This document shows, in pieces, positions 1-9,663 of a DNA stretch of 64,000 nt. Each line of letters starts with the position of its first letter. The first letter of the stretch is position 1. The notes under the pieces are model-generated. The model was not told where the DNA came from. It made no database searches and saw only the letters and a list, made by a program, of their open reading frames with translations. Origin of the DNA: Dehalococcoidia bacterium (lineage in GTDB: Bacteria > Chloroflexota > Dehalococcoidia > Plut-88900); assembly GCA_965197645.1 (NCBI GenBank), contig OZ240219.1, positions 1,056,001 to 1,120,000 of the forward strand, in the 5' to 3' direction. A program made the position numbers and the translations under genes.

Positions 1-59
1 ATTTTACGTTTACTGGTCGGTCTACCCTAGCTCGGAAATCCACAGCAAAGGAGCGATCC

Positions 60-842
60 ATGGCTGATCAGTCGGTCCTGTTCGAAAAGAAGGGCGGCAT
101 CGGGACCATCACCCTGAACCGGCCAGACAAGCTCAACGCCATCAACTTCGAGATGATCGACAGTATCCTGGAGATCATCGAGGAAACGGCCGGGGACGAA
201 ACAATACGAGTACTGGTGCTGAAGAGCGCGGGCCGGGCCTTCAGCGCCGGCGACGACCTGAAAGGCATGGGGCGTAGCTCTCGTAACATCCCAAAGGACT
301 CACTGACCGAGCAGGAGGAAGGCCCCTTTCGGGTGGTGAAAGCGTTGAGGTATCTGATGAAGCCGGTGATAGCCTCGGTACACGGGTACGCCATGGCCGC
401 GGCCTGTGAGCTGGTCCTGGCCTGCGACCTGATCATCGCCGCTGAGGATGCCCGGATCGGGGTTCCCTTCGTCCAACGAGGCCTGGCTTCGGGCACCTAC
501 TTGATTCCCCTGACCGTGGGCTATCACAAGGCCTGCGAGCTGCTGTTCCTGGGCGATTGGATCACAGGCAAGGAGGCCGAACGCATCGGGATGATCAACC
601 GGGCAGTCCCTACCGACGAGCTAGACCAAGAGGTCGGCAGGATGGCGGAAAGGCTTGCCAACTCGGCCACCCTGGCCATCGGGCACATGAAACGAGCGAT
701 GAACAACGGCCCGCTGACGGACTTCGACGCCGGTTTTACGCTGGAGTCGCTGATGCACCTGCCGGTGATGAACAGCGAGGACGCTCAGGAGGGCCACCAG
801 GCCTTCATCGAGAAGCGGGAACCCCGGTACAAGGGCCGGTAG
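60..842 (+). CDS. Enoyl-CoA hydratase/isomerase (crotonase) family protein
   Basis: Motifs TLNRPDKLNA, AFSAGDDL, KPVIASVHGYA, ELVLACD, C-terminal AFIEKREP; GGAG RBS upstream. Confidence 0.93.
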   Translation: MADQSVLFEKKGGIGTITLNRPDKLNAINFEMIDSILEIIEETAGDETIRVLVLKSAGRAFSAGDDLKGMGRSSRNIPKDSLTEQEEGPFRVVKALRYLMKPVIASVHGYAMAAACELVLACDLIIAAEDARIGVPFVQRGLASGTYLIPLTVGYHKACELLFLGDWITGKEAERIGMINRAVPTDELDQEVGRMAERLANSATLAIGHMKRAMNNGPLTDFDAGFTLESLMHLPVMNSEDAQEGHQAFIEKREPRYKGR

Positions 843-894
843 GAGACCAGGCCGGCGTAGCGAAGGATCATCTAGTTGCTGCCGTTCGGCACAG

Positions 895-1731
895 CTACGA
901 CTTGGGGGAATGCAGCGGGCTGACTCGCCCCTCCATCATCAGCTCTTCCAACAGATCGGCGACACCGTCCTCGGAGACCGGTCCGGCGATCATATCCGCC
1001 GCACCCTGGACCTCCGCCGAGCTGGCGGCCATGGCGACCCCCAGCCCCGCCCACCGGATCATATCGATGTCGTTGGGGCTGTCGCCCACGGCTACCGTCT
1101 CCTCCCTGCTCACCCCCAGAATGCGAGCCAGGTAGCTGAGGGCACTGCCTTTGTTCCCTTCGGGATGGCCCATCTCGCATAGGTGGTCGTATGTCCTGAC
1201 GATGGGCATCCTGGACCCAAAGGCGCCGTCTATCTGCCGTACTACCTCGGTCATGGCACACTCGTCGCCAACAGCCACCAGCTTCGTTGGGTCCTCCCCC
1301 AGGTGGCCAGCGAGGTCCCCAACCTCCTCGGCCGTTATCTCCAGCACCTCCTCGTACTCCACCACCCTTGGGGTGCGCTCCCGCACATAGAAGCGGTCCC
1401 GAACGAAGACGTAGGGCGCTACGCCCACCCGCTCCATAAGCCGGATAGCCTCGCGGGCCAGCTTGACGGGAATCGGCCTCTCCCAGATCACGTCCCGGCT
1501 GACGGGATCAGCGATCAGAGCGCCCTGAAAGGCAATTATGGGGATCGATAGGCCCAGGTGTGAGCTGAACCTGAGAGTGGAGGTGAACATGCGCCCGGTG
1601 GCGATGGTGACCTCGGCGCCCAACTCCCGGACCCGGCACACCGCCTCACTGGTCCTATCCGAAATGTCGACGCCGGCCCGCCTGTCGAAGAGAGTGCCAT
1701 CCAGATCGAAGGCGAACAGTTTGTATCCCAT
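895..1731 (-). CDS. Cof-type HAD-IIB family hydrolase
   Basis: HAD motif I DLDGTL, motif II ATGR, NKGSAL lysine, GDSPNDIDM motif IV. Confidence 0.93.
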   Translation of the reverse strand: MGYKLFAFDLDGTLFDRRAGVDISDRTSEAVCRVRELGAEVTIATGRMFTSTLRFSSHLGLSIPIIAFQGALIADPVSRDVIWERPIPVKLAREAIRLMERVGVAPYVFVRDRFYVRERTPRVVEYEEVLEITAEEVGDLAGHLGEDPTKLVAVGDECAMTEVVRQIDGAFGSRMPIVRTYDHLCEMGHPEGNKGSALSYLARILGVSREETVAVGDSPNDIDMIRWAGLGVAMAASSAEVQGAADMIAGPVSEDGVADLLEELMMEGRVSPLHSPKS

Positions 1732-1740
1732 CGGAGGTGA

Positions 1741-2760
1741 TCAGTCCGGCCGCTGAGAGGAGAAGAATCTGGCCAACTCATCCCTATCGAAGGTGGGCAT
1801 CTCCCTCTCTCCCGTTGCCGTCAGGAGCGTTCGACCATCCGAGGCGTGGACCACCTCGCCGATGTCGTAGGCGCTGATTCCCTTGGCCTCCATGCCCCGG
1901 AGCAGCGGGCGCGCCTCTTTCTCCGGAACGGTCATCACCAGCGCCCCCGACGCCAGTAGTCCCAACGGGTCCAATGCCAGGGCATCGCAGAACTGCCGGG
2001 TCTGGGTCAAGACGGGTATCTTGGTCTCGTTGATACGTATTCCCACTCCCGCGGCCACCGCTATCTCCTGTAGGCCGGTGATCAGGCCTCCTTCGGTCGG
2101 GTCGTGCATGCAATGGACCGTGGCCGAGGCCCTCGCCGTGTTGGCGTCGGCCACCACGCTTATACCCGGGTCGTACAAGTACTCCCGCGCCTGCTCGATT
2201 GTCTCTCGCGTCACGCCCCGGCGTATCAGAGCATCGGAAGCATCTCTCGCCAGCACGGAGGTGCCCTCTATGGCGATCCCCTTGGTGAGTATGATCCGGT
2301 CGCCCGGTTCGGCGGCGCCCGTGGCCGTAATATCGGACTTGCGAGCCTCGCCCAGCATCATCCCTACGATAATGGGCCGCTCCAGGTCGTAGGTGATCTC
2401 CGTATGCCCGCCGATTAGAGTAACCCCCAACGCCCGGCAGGCGTCCGTAATCTGGCCGAATATCGTGGCGATCTGCTCGCTGGTCACCGATTCGGGTGCC
2501 AGCAGCGTAGCCAGGAACCATCTAGGCGTCGCTCCGCTGGCTGCAACGTCGTTGGCGTTGACGTGGACTGCGTACCAGCCGATTTCGCCGGTGGCGAAGG
2601 TTATCGGGTCGGTCTTTGCCACCAACACCCTATCGTCCCCCATGTCCAGCACGGCGGCATCCTCACCAACTCCCGGGCCGATCAGCACGCGGCTGTCCTC
2701 GGTACGGACCTTGGCCAGGAGCTCCGCCAGCAGCTCGGGTGGCAGCTTTCCTACTTCCAT
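1741..2760 (-). CDS. AIR synthase-related (PurM/HypE/ThiL superfamily) protein
   Basis: GKLPPELL, GVGEDAAV, KTDPITF, NANDVAASGA, GGHTE, MHDPTEGG motifs. Confidence 0.88.
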   Translation of the reverse strand: MEVGKLPPELLAELLAKVRTEDSRVLIGPGVGEDAAVLDMGDDRVLVAKTDPITFATGEIGWYAVHVNANDVAASGATPRWFLATLLAPESVTSEQIATIFGQITDACRALGVTLIGGHTEITYDLERPIIVGMMLGEARKSDITATGAAEPGDRIILTKGIAIEGTSVLARDASDALIRRGVTRETIEQAREYLYDPGISVVADANTARASATVHCMHDPTEGGLITGLQEIAVAAGVGIRINETKIPVLTQTRQFCDALALDPLGLLASGALVMTVPEKEARPLLRGMEAKGISAYDIGEVVHASDGRTLLTATGEREMPTFDRDELARFFSSQRPD

Positions 2761-5040
2761 CTAAACGAAGGGCGATGGGCGGTCGGCCGTACGAGGGTTT
2801 CGTATCGCTGCCTGTGCCGCCATCAGCTTGGCGACCGGTATCCGATAGGGGCTGCAGCTGACGTAGGTGACACCGATATCGTGGAAGAAGCTTACGGACC
2901 TGGGCTCGCCGGCGTGCTCACCGCAGACGCCGATCTCCAGGCTGGGCTCCTCAAGCCTGGCCCAGTGGATGGCCGTCTCCATAAGCCGGCCCACGCCTTT
3001 GACGTCTATGACCTCGAAGGGGTTGTCGTCGAGGAGCTTGTCGTCGAGATAGGTGGACAGAAACTTCTTCTCGGCGTCCTCTCTGCTGAAAGAGTAGACT
3101 GCCTGGGTCAGATCGTTGGTGCCGAAGGAGAAGAAACCGGCCTCCTGGGCCAGCTTGCCTGCCCTCATGCACGCCCTGACAGTCTCCATCATCACTCCCA
3201 CCCTCAGTCCCTGGGCTTCGATGTGACGCTTGACCCATAACAGCTCCTGGAGGGTGATCACCTGGGGGACCATGACGTTTACGTTGGCCTGCACCTCGGC
3301 CATCGCCTCGGATATCGCTTCCACCTGCATGAGATAGATATCCGGCGCCGTTACCGCCACGCGTACTCCCCGATGCCCCAGCATGGGGTTTATCTCCTTA
3401 AGCTCTTCGAGCCTTTTGCTCAACGCCCGGTCCGACGATTCTCCGTCTTGGGGCAGGAACTCGTGAAGAGGCAGGTCCAGTAGTCGTATGATCACCGGCA
3501 TCCCGGCCAGGGCGTGAAACAGGGCGACGAAGTCCTCTTTCTGGAGCCGCTTCAGGGCGGCGAGAGACTGCTCCCGCTCTTCGTCGGTATCGCTGAGTAT
3601 GAACCTCCTGATGGCTTTGAGCCGCTCGGCGCCGCTGAACTGGCGCTCGGTACGGCACAGGCCGATGCCCTGGGCCCCGTACCTACGGGCCAGCGCCACT
3701 CCTTCGGGAGTCTCGGCGTTACCCCAGACCCCCATCTCTTTGATATCATCGGCCCACTCCAGCAGCTGGGCCAGCTCCGGGGTGGCCTCGGCCTCCAGCA
3801 GGGGCAGGACACCGAGGTAGACGTTCCCGGAAGTACCGTCGATGGTAATCGAATCTCCTCTTTGAACCACCCGCTCCCCTACGGTGAACCGAGCCTTTTC
3901 CAAGTCCACCTTCATATCCTCGGCCCCGCATACGCAGGACTTTCCCATGGCCCTGGTGACGATGGCTGCGTGGGACGTCAGGCCGCCTTTGGAAGTCAGG
4001 ACTCCCTGCGCGGCGGCGATGCCTCGGATATCATCGGGGCTGGTCTCGGGCCGCACCAGGATGACCGCCTCGCCCCTCTTCGCCTCTACTACCGCCTCGT
4101 CCGGGTCGAACACCACGTTGCCGCTAATCGCTCCCGGCGCCGCGTTCAATCCCCGGGCGAGGGGCTCGTACCGCTCCGGCAAGCGGATCCGGTTGTGAAG
4201 CATGGCCCTCAGGTCATCGGGGCTGACCCGTGAAATGGCCTCTTCTCGAGCTATCAGTCCTTCGACCACCATGTCCACGGCTATCTTAATCGTCGCCGGG
4301 CCGCTGCGCTTTCCGGCCCTGGTCTGCAGCAGGTAAAGCCGGCCCGACTCCACCGTGAACTCCACGTCCTGCATATCCGTGAAGTGGCCCTCCAGCCTTC
4401 TCACCAACTCCTCCAGCTGGGTGTAGATCTCAGGTGACTGGGCCCGGAGGGAGTTGATGTTTTCGGGTGTGCGTACGCCCGAGACCAGGTCCTCGCCCTG
4501 GGCCTGTCTCAGGTACTCTCCGAATAGTCCCTTATCGCCGGTGTTGGGATTCCTGCTGAAGACAACCCCTGTTCCGGACTGGGGGTCCCTATCGCCCAGG
4601 ACCATGAGCTGGACCACCGCCGATGTGCCCAGATCTGCGGATATGCCGTTGAGCTCTCGGTACTCCCGGGCCCGAGAGCTGTTCCAGGAGGCGAAGACCT
4701 GGGCGATGCATTCCAGCATGTGCTCCCGGCTCTGCACGTTGAGGATGGTATCCATCATGCCCGGCATGGAGACGGGAGCAGAGGACCGAACCGACACCAG
4801 CAGTCCGTTACCGAAGTCTCTTCCTGTCTGATCGATCAGTCGCGAGAGGGCCTGGTCCATCTCCCCTTCGGGCAGCCGCCCCGTGCTCCGGTGCTCCTCG
4901 AACGATTCTATGGTGAATATGAAGCCCGGCGGCACGGGCAGGCCCAGCCCGTACATCGTGACCAGGTTGGCGCCCTTGTTCCCGAGCAGCTCCTTGTCCA
5001 CCACCCCATCTTCGAAGAGCACAACCCTCTTCATCTGCAT
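2761..5040 (-). CDS. ppdK: Pyruvate, phosphate dikinase (compact 759 aa form)
   Basis: LLGNKGANL, LVSVRSSAPVSMPGMMDTILN, AQGEDLVSG, GGLTSHAAIV phospho-His site, GIGLCRTE, FSFGTNDLTQ, GVCGEHAGEP. Confidence 0.95.
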   Translation of the reverse strand: MQMKRVVLFEDGVVDKELLGNKGANLVTMYGLGLPVPPGFIFTIESFEEHRSTGRLPEGEMDQALSRLIDQTGRDFGNGLLVSVRSSAPVSMPGMMDTILNVQSREHMLECIAQVFASWNSSRAREYRELNGISADLGTSAVVQLMVLGDRDPQSGTGVVFSRNPNTGDKGLFGEYLRQAQGEDLVSGVRTPENINSLRAQSPEIYTQLEELVRRLEGHFTDMQDVEFTVESGRLYLLQTRAGKRSGPATIKIAVDMVVEGLIAREEAISRVSPDDLRAMLHNRIRLPERYEPLARGLNAAPGAISGNVVFDPDEAVVEAKRGEAVILVRPETSPDDIRGIAAAQGVLTSKGGLTSHAAIVTRAMGKSCVCGAEDMKVDLEKARFTVGERVVQRGDSITIDGTSGNVYLGVLPLLEAEATPELAQLLEWADDIKEMGVWGNAETPEGVALARRYGAQGIGLCRTERQFSGAERLKAIRRFILSDTDEEREQSLAALKRLQKEDFVALFHALAGMPVIIRLLDLPLHEFLPQDGESSDRALSKRLEELKEINPMLGHRGVRVAVTAPDIYLMQVEAISEAMAEVQANVNVMVPQVITLQELLWVKRHIEAQGLRVGVMMETVRACMRAGKLAQEAGFFSFGTNDLTQAVYSFSREDAEKKFLSTYLDDKLLDDNPFEVIDVKGVGRLMETAIHWARLEEPSLEIGVCGEHAGEPRSVSFFHDIGVTYVSCSPYRIPVAKLMAAQAAIRNPRTADRPSPFV

Positions 5041-5129
5041 TTCCTCAATTTATTGGTCCCCATACGCTCGGGCTCCTGTTGCCTAGGCTAGCACCGAGGT
5101 GTGAGGGGGTCAAATGATGCCGATGAGGG

Positions 5130-5945
5130 TCAGCCGGGTCTGAGACGTCGTGACGCCACCGCACGGACAGGCCGATACAACGCCTTGACGTGCAACGGTA
5201 TGCCCTTCCTGACCATGAAGGCGTTCAACAGGAAGGCTATAGTCATCACTGCGGCCCCACCTATCGCGTCCAGGAAGTAGTGGTTGGCCGTGATGACGAT
5301 GGCGAACAGGGTGAGGGACGGGTACAGGACGCCCAGCACCCTGAGCCATGTTATCCCGGTCCTGAAGTAGATGACCCCGAACAGCACCGTCCACCCAAAG
5401 TGGAGGCTGGGCATGGCTGCGAAGGCGTTGTAGAAGACCTGAGTCTCTCTGCTGTTGTACTCCGCGGGCCCCAGGAACTGGATCGTATCGATGAAGCCGG
5501 CGTAGCTAATCATGCGAGGTGGGGCTAGAGGGAAGACGGCAAACACCAGAAGCGCGATGACGTAGCTCAGCAGGGCCACGTTCCGGTAGTAGATGTATCT
5601 CTCGAAGTCCAGCTTGTAGATGACTATGGCCGAAGGGATGATTATCGGCCAGTAGGTGATTATGTAGCTCCAGTTGAAGAAGAGGACGGCATCCTTGGCC
5701 TTCTCCAGCAGCCACCGCTGGATCTCCCACTCCCAGAAAAGACCCAGAGAGGCCTCGAAGGAGATTATCTTCTCAGCATTCTCGAAAGCGATGACCTCCA
5801 CGTCCTGGAAGATCAGCTTCCTGGTGATCATGTAGAGAAAATAGGCGGTAACCATCAGCAGCGCCTCCCTAAGGAACCGTTGCCGGCTGATGGTAGCTGA
5901 GATCTTATGTACCGCTTCAGTCACGTCCGGCCTTGGACACGTCAA
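5130..5945 (-). CDS. PAP2 superfamily membrane protein, inositolphosphorylceramide-synthase (AUR1)-like
   Basis: Multiple TM helices with FPLAPPRM, AAMPSLH and NHYFLDA motifs. Confidence 0.85.
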   Translation of the reverse strand: MTCPRPDVTEAVHKISATISRQRFLREALLMVTAYFLYMITRKLIFQDVEVIAFENAEKIISFEASLGLFWEWEIQRWLLEKAKDAVLFFNWSYIITYWPIIIPSAIVIYKLDFERYIYYRNVALLSYVIALLVFAVFPLAPPRMISYAGFIDTIQFLGPAEYNSRETQVFYNAFAAMPSLHFGWTVLFGVIYFRTGITWLRVLGVLYPSLTLFAIVITANHYFLDAIGGAAVMTIAFLLNAFMVRKGIPLHVKALYRPVRAVASRRLRPG

Positions 5946-6083
5946 TGCCCCGAAACGACATTCTTACATCGCTTCGAGGCATCTGTATGCTCACTACTCT
6001 CCGCATCTTCCAGGACCCCGTCTGCAAGCGTCCACCTCACCAAATACTCTATGTTCTGCGCCGTGCTATGTCAACGTGATTTT

Positions 6084-7400
6084 CTACTTTCGAAGAGCTG
6101 TTTCCGTGGGTTCAACCCCATCTTCCTCTTTCTTGTTCGAGGCCAAGTTGGCCATTTTGAGGAAAGTCTGCCCGTGTTTGAGGCCTTCGGGGCTGTTCAG
6201 ATAGACGTCGCAGGTCAGGCAGCCGACGCGGGCTTCGGGCCTATCGCCATTCTTGAACAGGTTCCGAGCCGTCCTGTAATGAACGCCGTTCCATATCGAT
6301 TTGATGGAGCTTTCCTTGACGTTGCCAAAGTCGTCGTCGGCATCGGTGAGATAGCAGCAGGGGGCGTAGCCCCCGTCCCAGTTGACGACGGCGCTCCTCC
6401 ATAGCCTCCAGCACCTAGTGCCGTTCTCGTTGTAGGGCTTGTTCTGGGGGTTCTCCCGGCGGAACTCGGGAGTGTCGGTAGGCAGCCACTTTCTCGCCAA
6501 CTGGTCATCGCCCATGCCGTGGGGGAAATCTACCTTTTTGAAGACTATCTGATCGACCCCAACCTCTTTGGCCGCCCGCCGGGCATCGGCTATCTGCCCC
6601 TCGTTCTGCTTCATCACGATGAACTGCCATTCGATGTACGGCGTCTTGGACTTCAGCTCCTTCTTCTTCTCGACGAACATGCGGAGGTTACTCATCACCA
6701 TGGACAGATTGCCCTTGACCCGGTACTGCTCATACACCTCCTGGGTAACGCCGTCCAGCGAAACTATCATCACGTCCAGACCGGACTTTATGATCTCCTC
6801 GACCCGCTCGGGCTTGAGAGGCAGGCTCAGGTTGGTACTGATCATTGTGGCTATCTTCGCTTTGTGCGCGTAAGCGATGAACTTGGAGATCTGCTTGTTC
6901 AACAGGGGTTCCCCCCAGCTGTACAGGCTCAGCCACAGCACGTAGTCCTTGATCTCGTCGATGGTCTTGCGGAAGGTATCGAAGTGCATGATGCCCTTCA
7001 CTCTCCGGATGTTGTCCAGACCCGTGTGGCAAAGGGGGCACTTTAGCTGGCAGATGTTGGTGGTATCGATTTCCCATTCGTAGGGATATCCCCATACTCT
7101 GGCCATGCCCAGGAAAAGCTGAAGCTCTATGAGCCAGAAATTGATGAACCTGGACAGGGTGAGATGCTTGAATCCCAGCACCATGCGATGGGTGAACCTG
7201 CCTTCGGAAACGGACAGGGTCGTTTCTATCTTCTCGGGAATGAAGGAGGAGAGTCCGCGCCCTCTGACGATGGCCGCTATCGAGCGGATGAGGTTCAGGA
7301 GCGGCTTGAAGGGATCGACGTAGGTCCTTTGGATGTTCCGGGCTTTGGAGCCGGACTTTTTGCCGTTGACCGAGATCAAGGTATTTCCAGAGCCAAGCAC
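6084..7400 (-). CDS. Radical SAM protein with SPASM/twitch domain
   Basis: CxxxCxxC (ICQLKCPLC), WGEPLL, STN, VSLDG; C-terminal CWRLW...DGGYAPCC...FGN...CLTC; exact start uncertain. Confidence 0.9.
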   Translation of the reverse strand: MLGSGNTLISVNGKKSGSKARNIQRTYVDPFKPLLNLIRSIAAIVRGRGLSSFIPEKIETTLSVSEGRFTHRMVLGFKHLTLSRFINFWLIELQLFLGMARVWGYPYEWEIDTTNICQLKCPLCHTGLDNIRRVKGIMHFDTFRKTIDEIKDYVLWLSLYSWGEPLLNKQISKFIAYAHKAKIATMISTNLSLPLKPERVEEIIKSGLDVMIVSLDGVTQEVYEQYRVKGNLSMVMSNLRMFVEKKKELKSKTPYIEWQFIVMKQNEGQIADARRAAKEVGVDQIVFKKVDFPHGMGDDQLARKWLPTDTPEFRRENPQNKPYNENGTRCWRLWRSAVVNWDGGYAPCCYLTDADDDFGNVKESSIKSIWNGVHYRTARNLFKNGDRPEARVGCLTCDVYLNSPEGLKHGQTFLKMANLASNKKEEDGVEPTETALRK

Positions 7401-7542
7401 TCTACATTAGAGCGATCAGGAAGGGTCGACAGGAGGCGCTTAACGCTTTTGCCATCCGCGGGGCTATGGTAATTCAGGGGTTGGGGGCTGTCAAGAAACG
7501 TCCCGGGGCTTGAGGCAGGTGCAAACCTAGCTGACCGCTACT

Positions 7543-7572
7543 TTGACAAATTGAACATGGCTACCATAGACT
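7543..7572 (+). promoter_or_regulatory. Sigma70-like promoter for the small ORF at 7607
   Basis: TTGACA (7543-7548)-N18-TAGACT (7567-7572), followed by GGGAGG. Confidence 0.5.
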
Positions 7573-7606
7573 GGACGCCTGTACTACTGGGAGGTACAGG
7601 AAAAGG

Positions 7607-7816
7607 GTGAACATGCAGGAACGGATGGAGCACCTGGAAACCCTGTCCAACAACCACGAGAGGATGATCAACCTTCTCATCACCCTTAATGAACGGGTTG
7701 TCGACATGATCGAAGAACTTAGGGAAGAGGTCAAGAAGGTTACACGGACAGCCGACGCTGCGCAAAGGCTGTGGGTCAAAATGGCCGAAAAGCACGGTTG
7801 GCTGGACGAGGACTAG
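7607..7816 (+). CDS. Small hypothetical coiled-coil protein
   Basis: 69 aa ORF with heptad-like pattern, upstream promoter and purine-rich RBS; start 7607 or 7613. Confidence 0.7.
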   Translation: MNMQERMEHLETLSNNHERMINLLITLNERVVDMIEELREEVKKVTRTADAAQRLWVKMAEKHGWLDED

Positions 7817-8215
7817 GCTATCTTCCTAACCATCCACCGTATCTCCTGAAACTGCCCACTCAGCACCCTTGCCAGGGCCGTTGCCTGGAAGCTCAGCGCC
7901 GACATAAGAGCCTGCGGTGTGATCTGCCTGAGGCCCTGACACCGTACCGTTCCAGACGACGGGACTCCTTGAGGCTCTTGAATACCCGCTCGATTGTCGG
8001 GCGCTTGGAGTAGATGACCTTCCACTCAGGGCTGTCCCGCCGGAGGCGCCGAACAGCCGGATGTTCCGGCTCGGGTCCTCCTACAACCCGGAGTCGCAAT
8101 GGCGCACCCCACCCTTTACTGACCCTGCCAGGTGACAACCTCGGCACCGGTACAGGCGGCCCTTCCCAGGGTTGCTCCTGATGTACTTTACCAGGGCCGG
8201 CCCACGTGGGATCGA
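7813..8215 (-). pseudogene. DDE transposase C-terminal remnant (IS4/IS5/IS1182-like), frameshifted and truncated
   Basis: Fragments in different frames join into a transposase-like tail: ...LRRDSPEWKVIYSKRPTIERVFKSLKESRRLERY / GLRQITPQALMSALSFQATALARVL; YxxRxxIExxF is the catalytic-Glu (YREK-like) region; internal stop and frameshifts, no N-terminus. Confidence 0.75.
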
Positions 8216-8371
8216 ACACGATTCTTCACACCCGCCCAACCGATTTGGAGAGAGCACAATTTCGTTGACGCCGTTTCCCGCGATTGGTAGAATTTCTTAT
8301 GGAGTCCCCCACTCCGATTCTCCGGCGCACCTACTATTGCACAGGACTTTTTCACGCCTCAGGAGGGCTTT

Positions 8372-9517
8372 GTGTACAACTCCAGCGTTAACGGTTTGCG
8401 GCATGCTTATGGCTTCGAAGACGTGGCCATCGTTCCCGGCGAAGTGACCATCAATCCCGACCTGACCAACACCGATTTCACCCTGGGTCAGCATACATTC
8501 TCCATACCCGTTCTGGCCTCGGCCATGGACGGCGCCGTCGACCCGAAGATGGCCATCAAGATGAACGATCTGGGTGGTCTGGCAGTTCTGAACCTGGAGG
8601 GTGTGCACGGGCGATACGAAAACCCCTACGAAGTCCTCGAGGAGATTTCGCAGGCTTCCGACGACTCTGTAACCGAGCTGATGCAGAAGGTCTACTCTCC
8701 TCCCGTAAACGACGATTTGGTGGCCCGTTCCGTCGAAACCTTCAAGAACGGCGGCGCCACCTGCGCCGTCTCGGTGACGCCACAGAACACCAAGCGGCTG
8801 GCTCCCGTAGTAGTCGAGGCCGGCGCCGACATTCTGGTCGTCCAGTCCACAGTGACCACGGCCAGACACGTATCCCGCAGTTACCGGGGTCTCATCTTTT
8901 CCGAGCTGTGCCAGCAGGTGCCCATCCCTGTGCTGGTCGGCAACTCCGTCGGATACAAGACTGCCCTCGAGCTTATGGAAACGGGTATAGCCGGGCTTCT
9001 CGTAGGCGTGGGGCCAGGAGCCGCCTGCACCAGCCGGGAGGTCCTCGGTGTCGGAGTGCCTCAGATAACAGCGACTATCGATTGTGCCGCAGCCCGGGAC
9101 GAGTACGCCCGGCGCACCGGCAGGTACGTAGCCGTCATCACGGATGGAGGCATAAGGACCGGCGGCGAGCTCTGTAAGGCGATGGTCGCCGGCGCCGACG
9201 CCGTGATGCTGGGCACCCCCTTCGCCCAGGCGGAAGAAGCCCCCGGAGGCGGATACAACTGGGGAATGGCTACCCCCCACGCCGCCCTCCCCCGAGGCAC
9301 CCGCATAAAAGTGGGTACCAGGGGCACGCTGGAGCAGCTGCTCTTCGGCCCCAGCTCCGTTACAGACGGCACCCAGAACCTGGTCGGAGCCCTCAAGACT
9401 ACCATGGGCATGTGCGGCGCGCTTACAGTCAAGGACCTGCACCGGGCCGAGATGATCGTCGCCCCGGCCATCAAGACCGAGGGCAAGATCTTCCAGATGC
9501 GCCAAGCCCTCGGCTAG
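8372..9517 (+). CDS. guaB3: GuaB3-family IMP dehydrogenase-related protein (no CBS domains)
   Basis: YGFEDVAIVP, SAMDG, LAVLNLEG, VGVGPGAACTSR catalytic Cys, DGGIRTGG, WGMATP. Confidence 0.92.
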   Translation: MYNSSVNGLRHAYGFEDVAIVPGEVTINPDLTNTDFTLGQHTFSIPVLASAMDGAVDPKMAIKMNDLGGLAVLNLEGVHGRYENPYEVLEEISQASDDSVTELMQKVYSPPVNDDLVARSVETFKNGGATCAVSVTPQNTKRLAPVVVEAGADILVVQSTVTTARHVSRSYRGLIFSELCQQVPIPVLVGNSVGYKTALELMETGIAGLLVGVGPGAACTSREVLGVGVPQITATIDCAAARDEYARRTGRYVAVITDGGIRTGGELCKAMVAGADAVMLGTPFAQAEEAPGGGYNWGMATPHAALPRGTRIKVGTRGTLEQLLFGPSSVTDGTQNLVGALKTTMGMCGALTVKDLHRAEMIVAPAIKTEGKIFQMRQALG

Positions 9518-9663
9518 ACCGCTCCCGCCCTATCATTTCGATTCCTACGGGAAGCCCATGCCGAGCGCCTGCCCTACTGCTGAGAGGCCAGTAGAAGCTG
9601 ATTGACGGGACCGCGAAACAGAGGTGACGCCGGGAGGACGAAATGAACGCCTAGGCTTCGGGC

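Noticed and set aside
1741-2760. Calling the AIR-synthase-like gene hypE
   Set aside because: It lacks the C-terminal PRIC motif of HypE and no hyp or hydrogenase genes are nearby.
8297-9505. Long antisense ORFs (e.g. 8297-9505, 13465-14505, 42656-43585, 47332-48327)
   Set aside because: They shadow well-supported genes on the opposite strand, as expected at high GC, and show no recognisable motifs.
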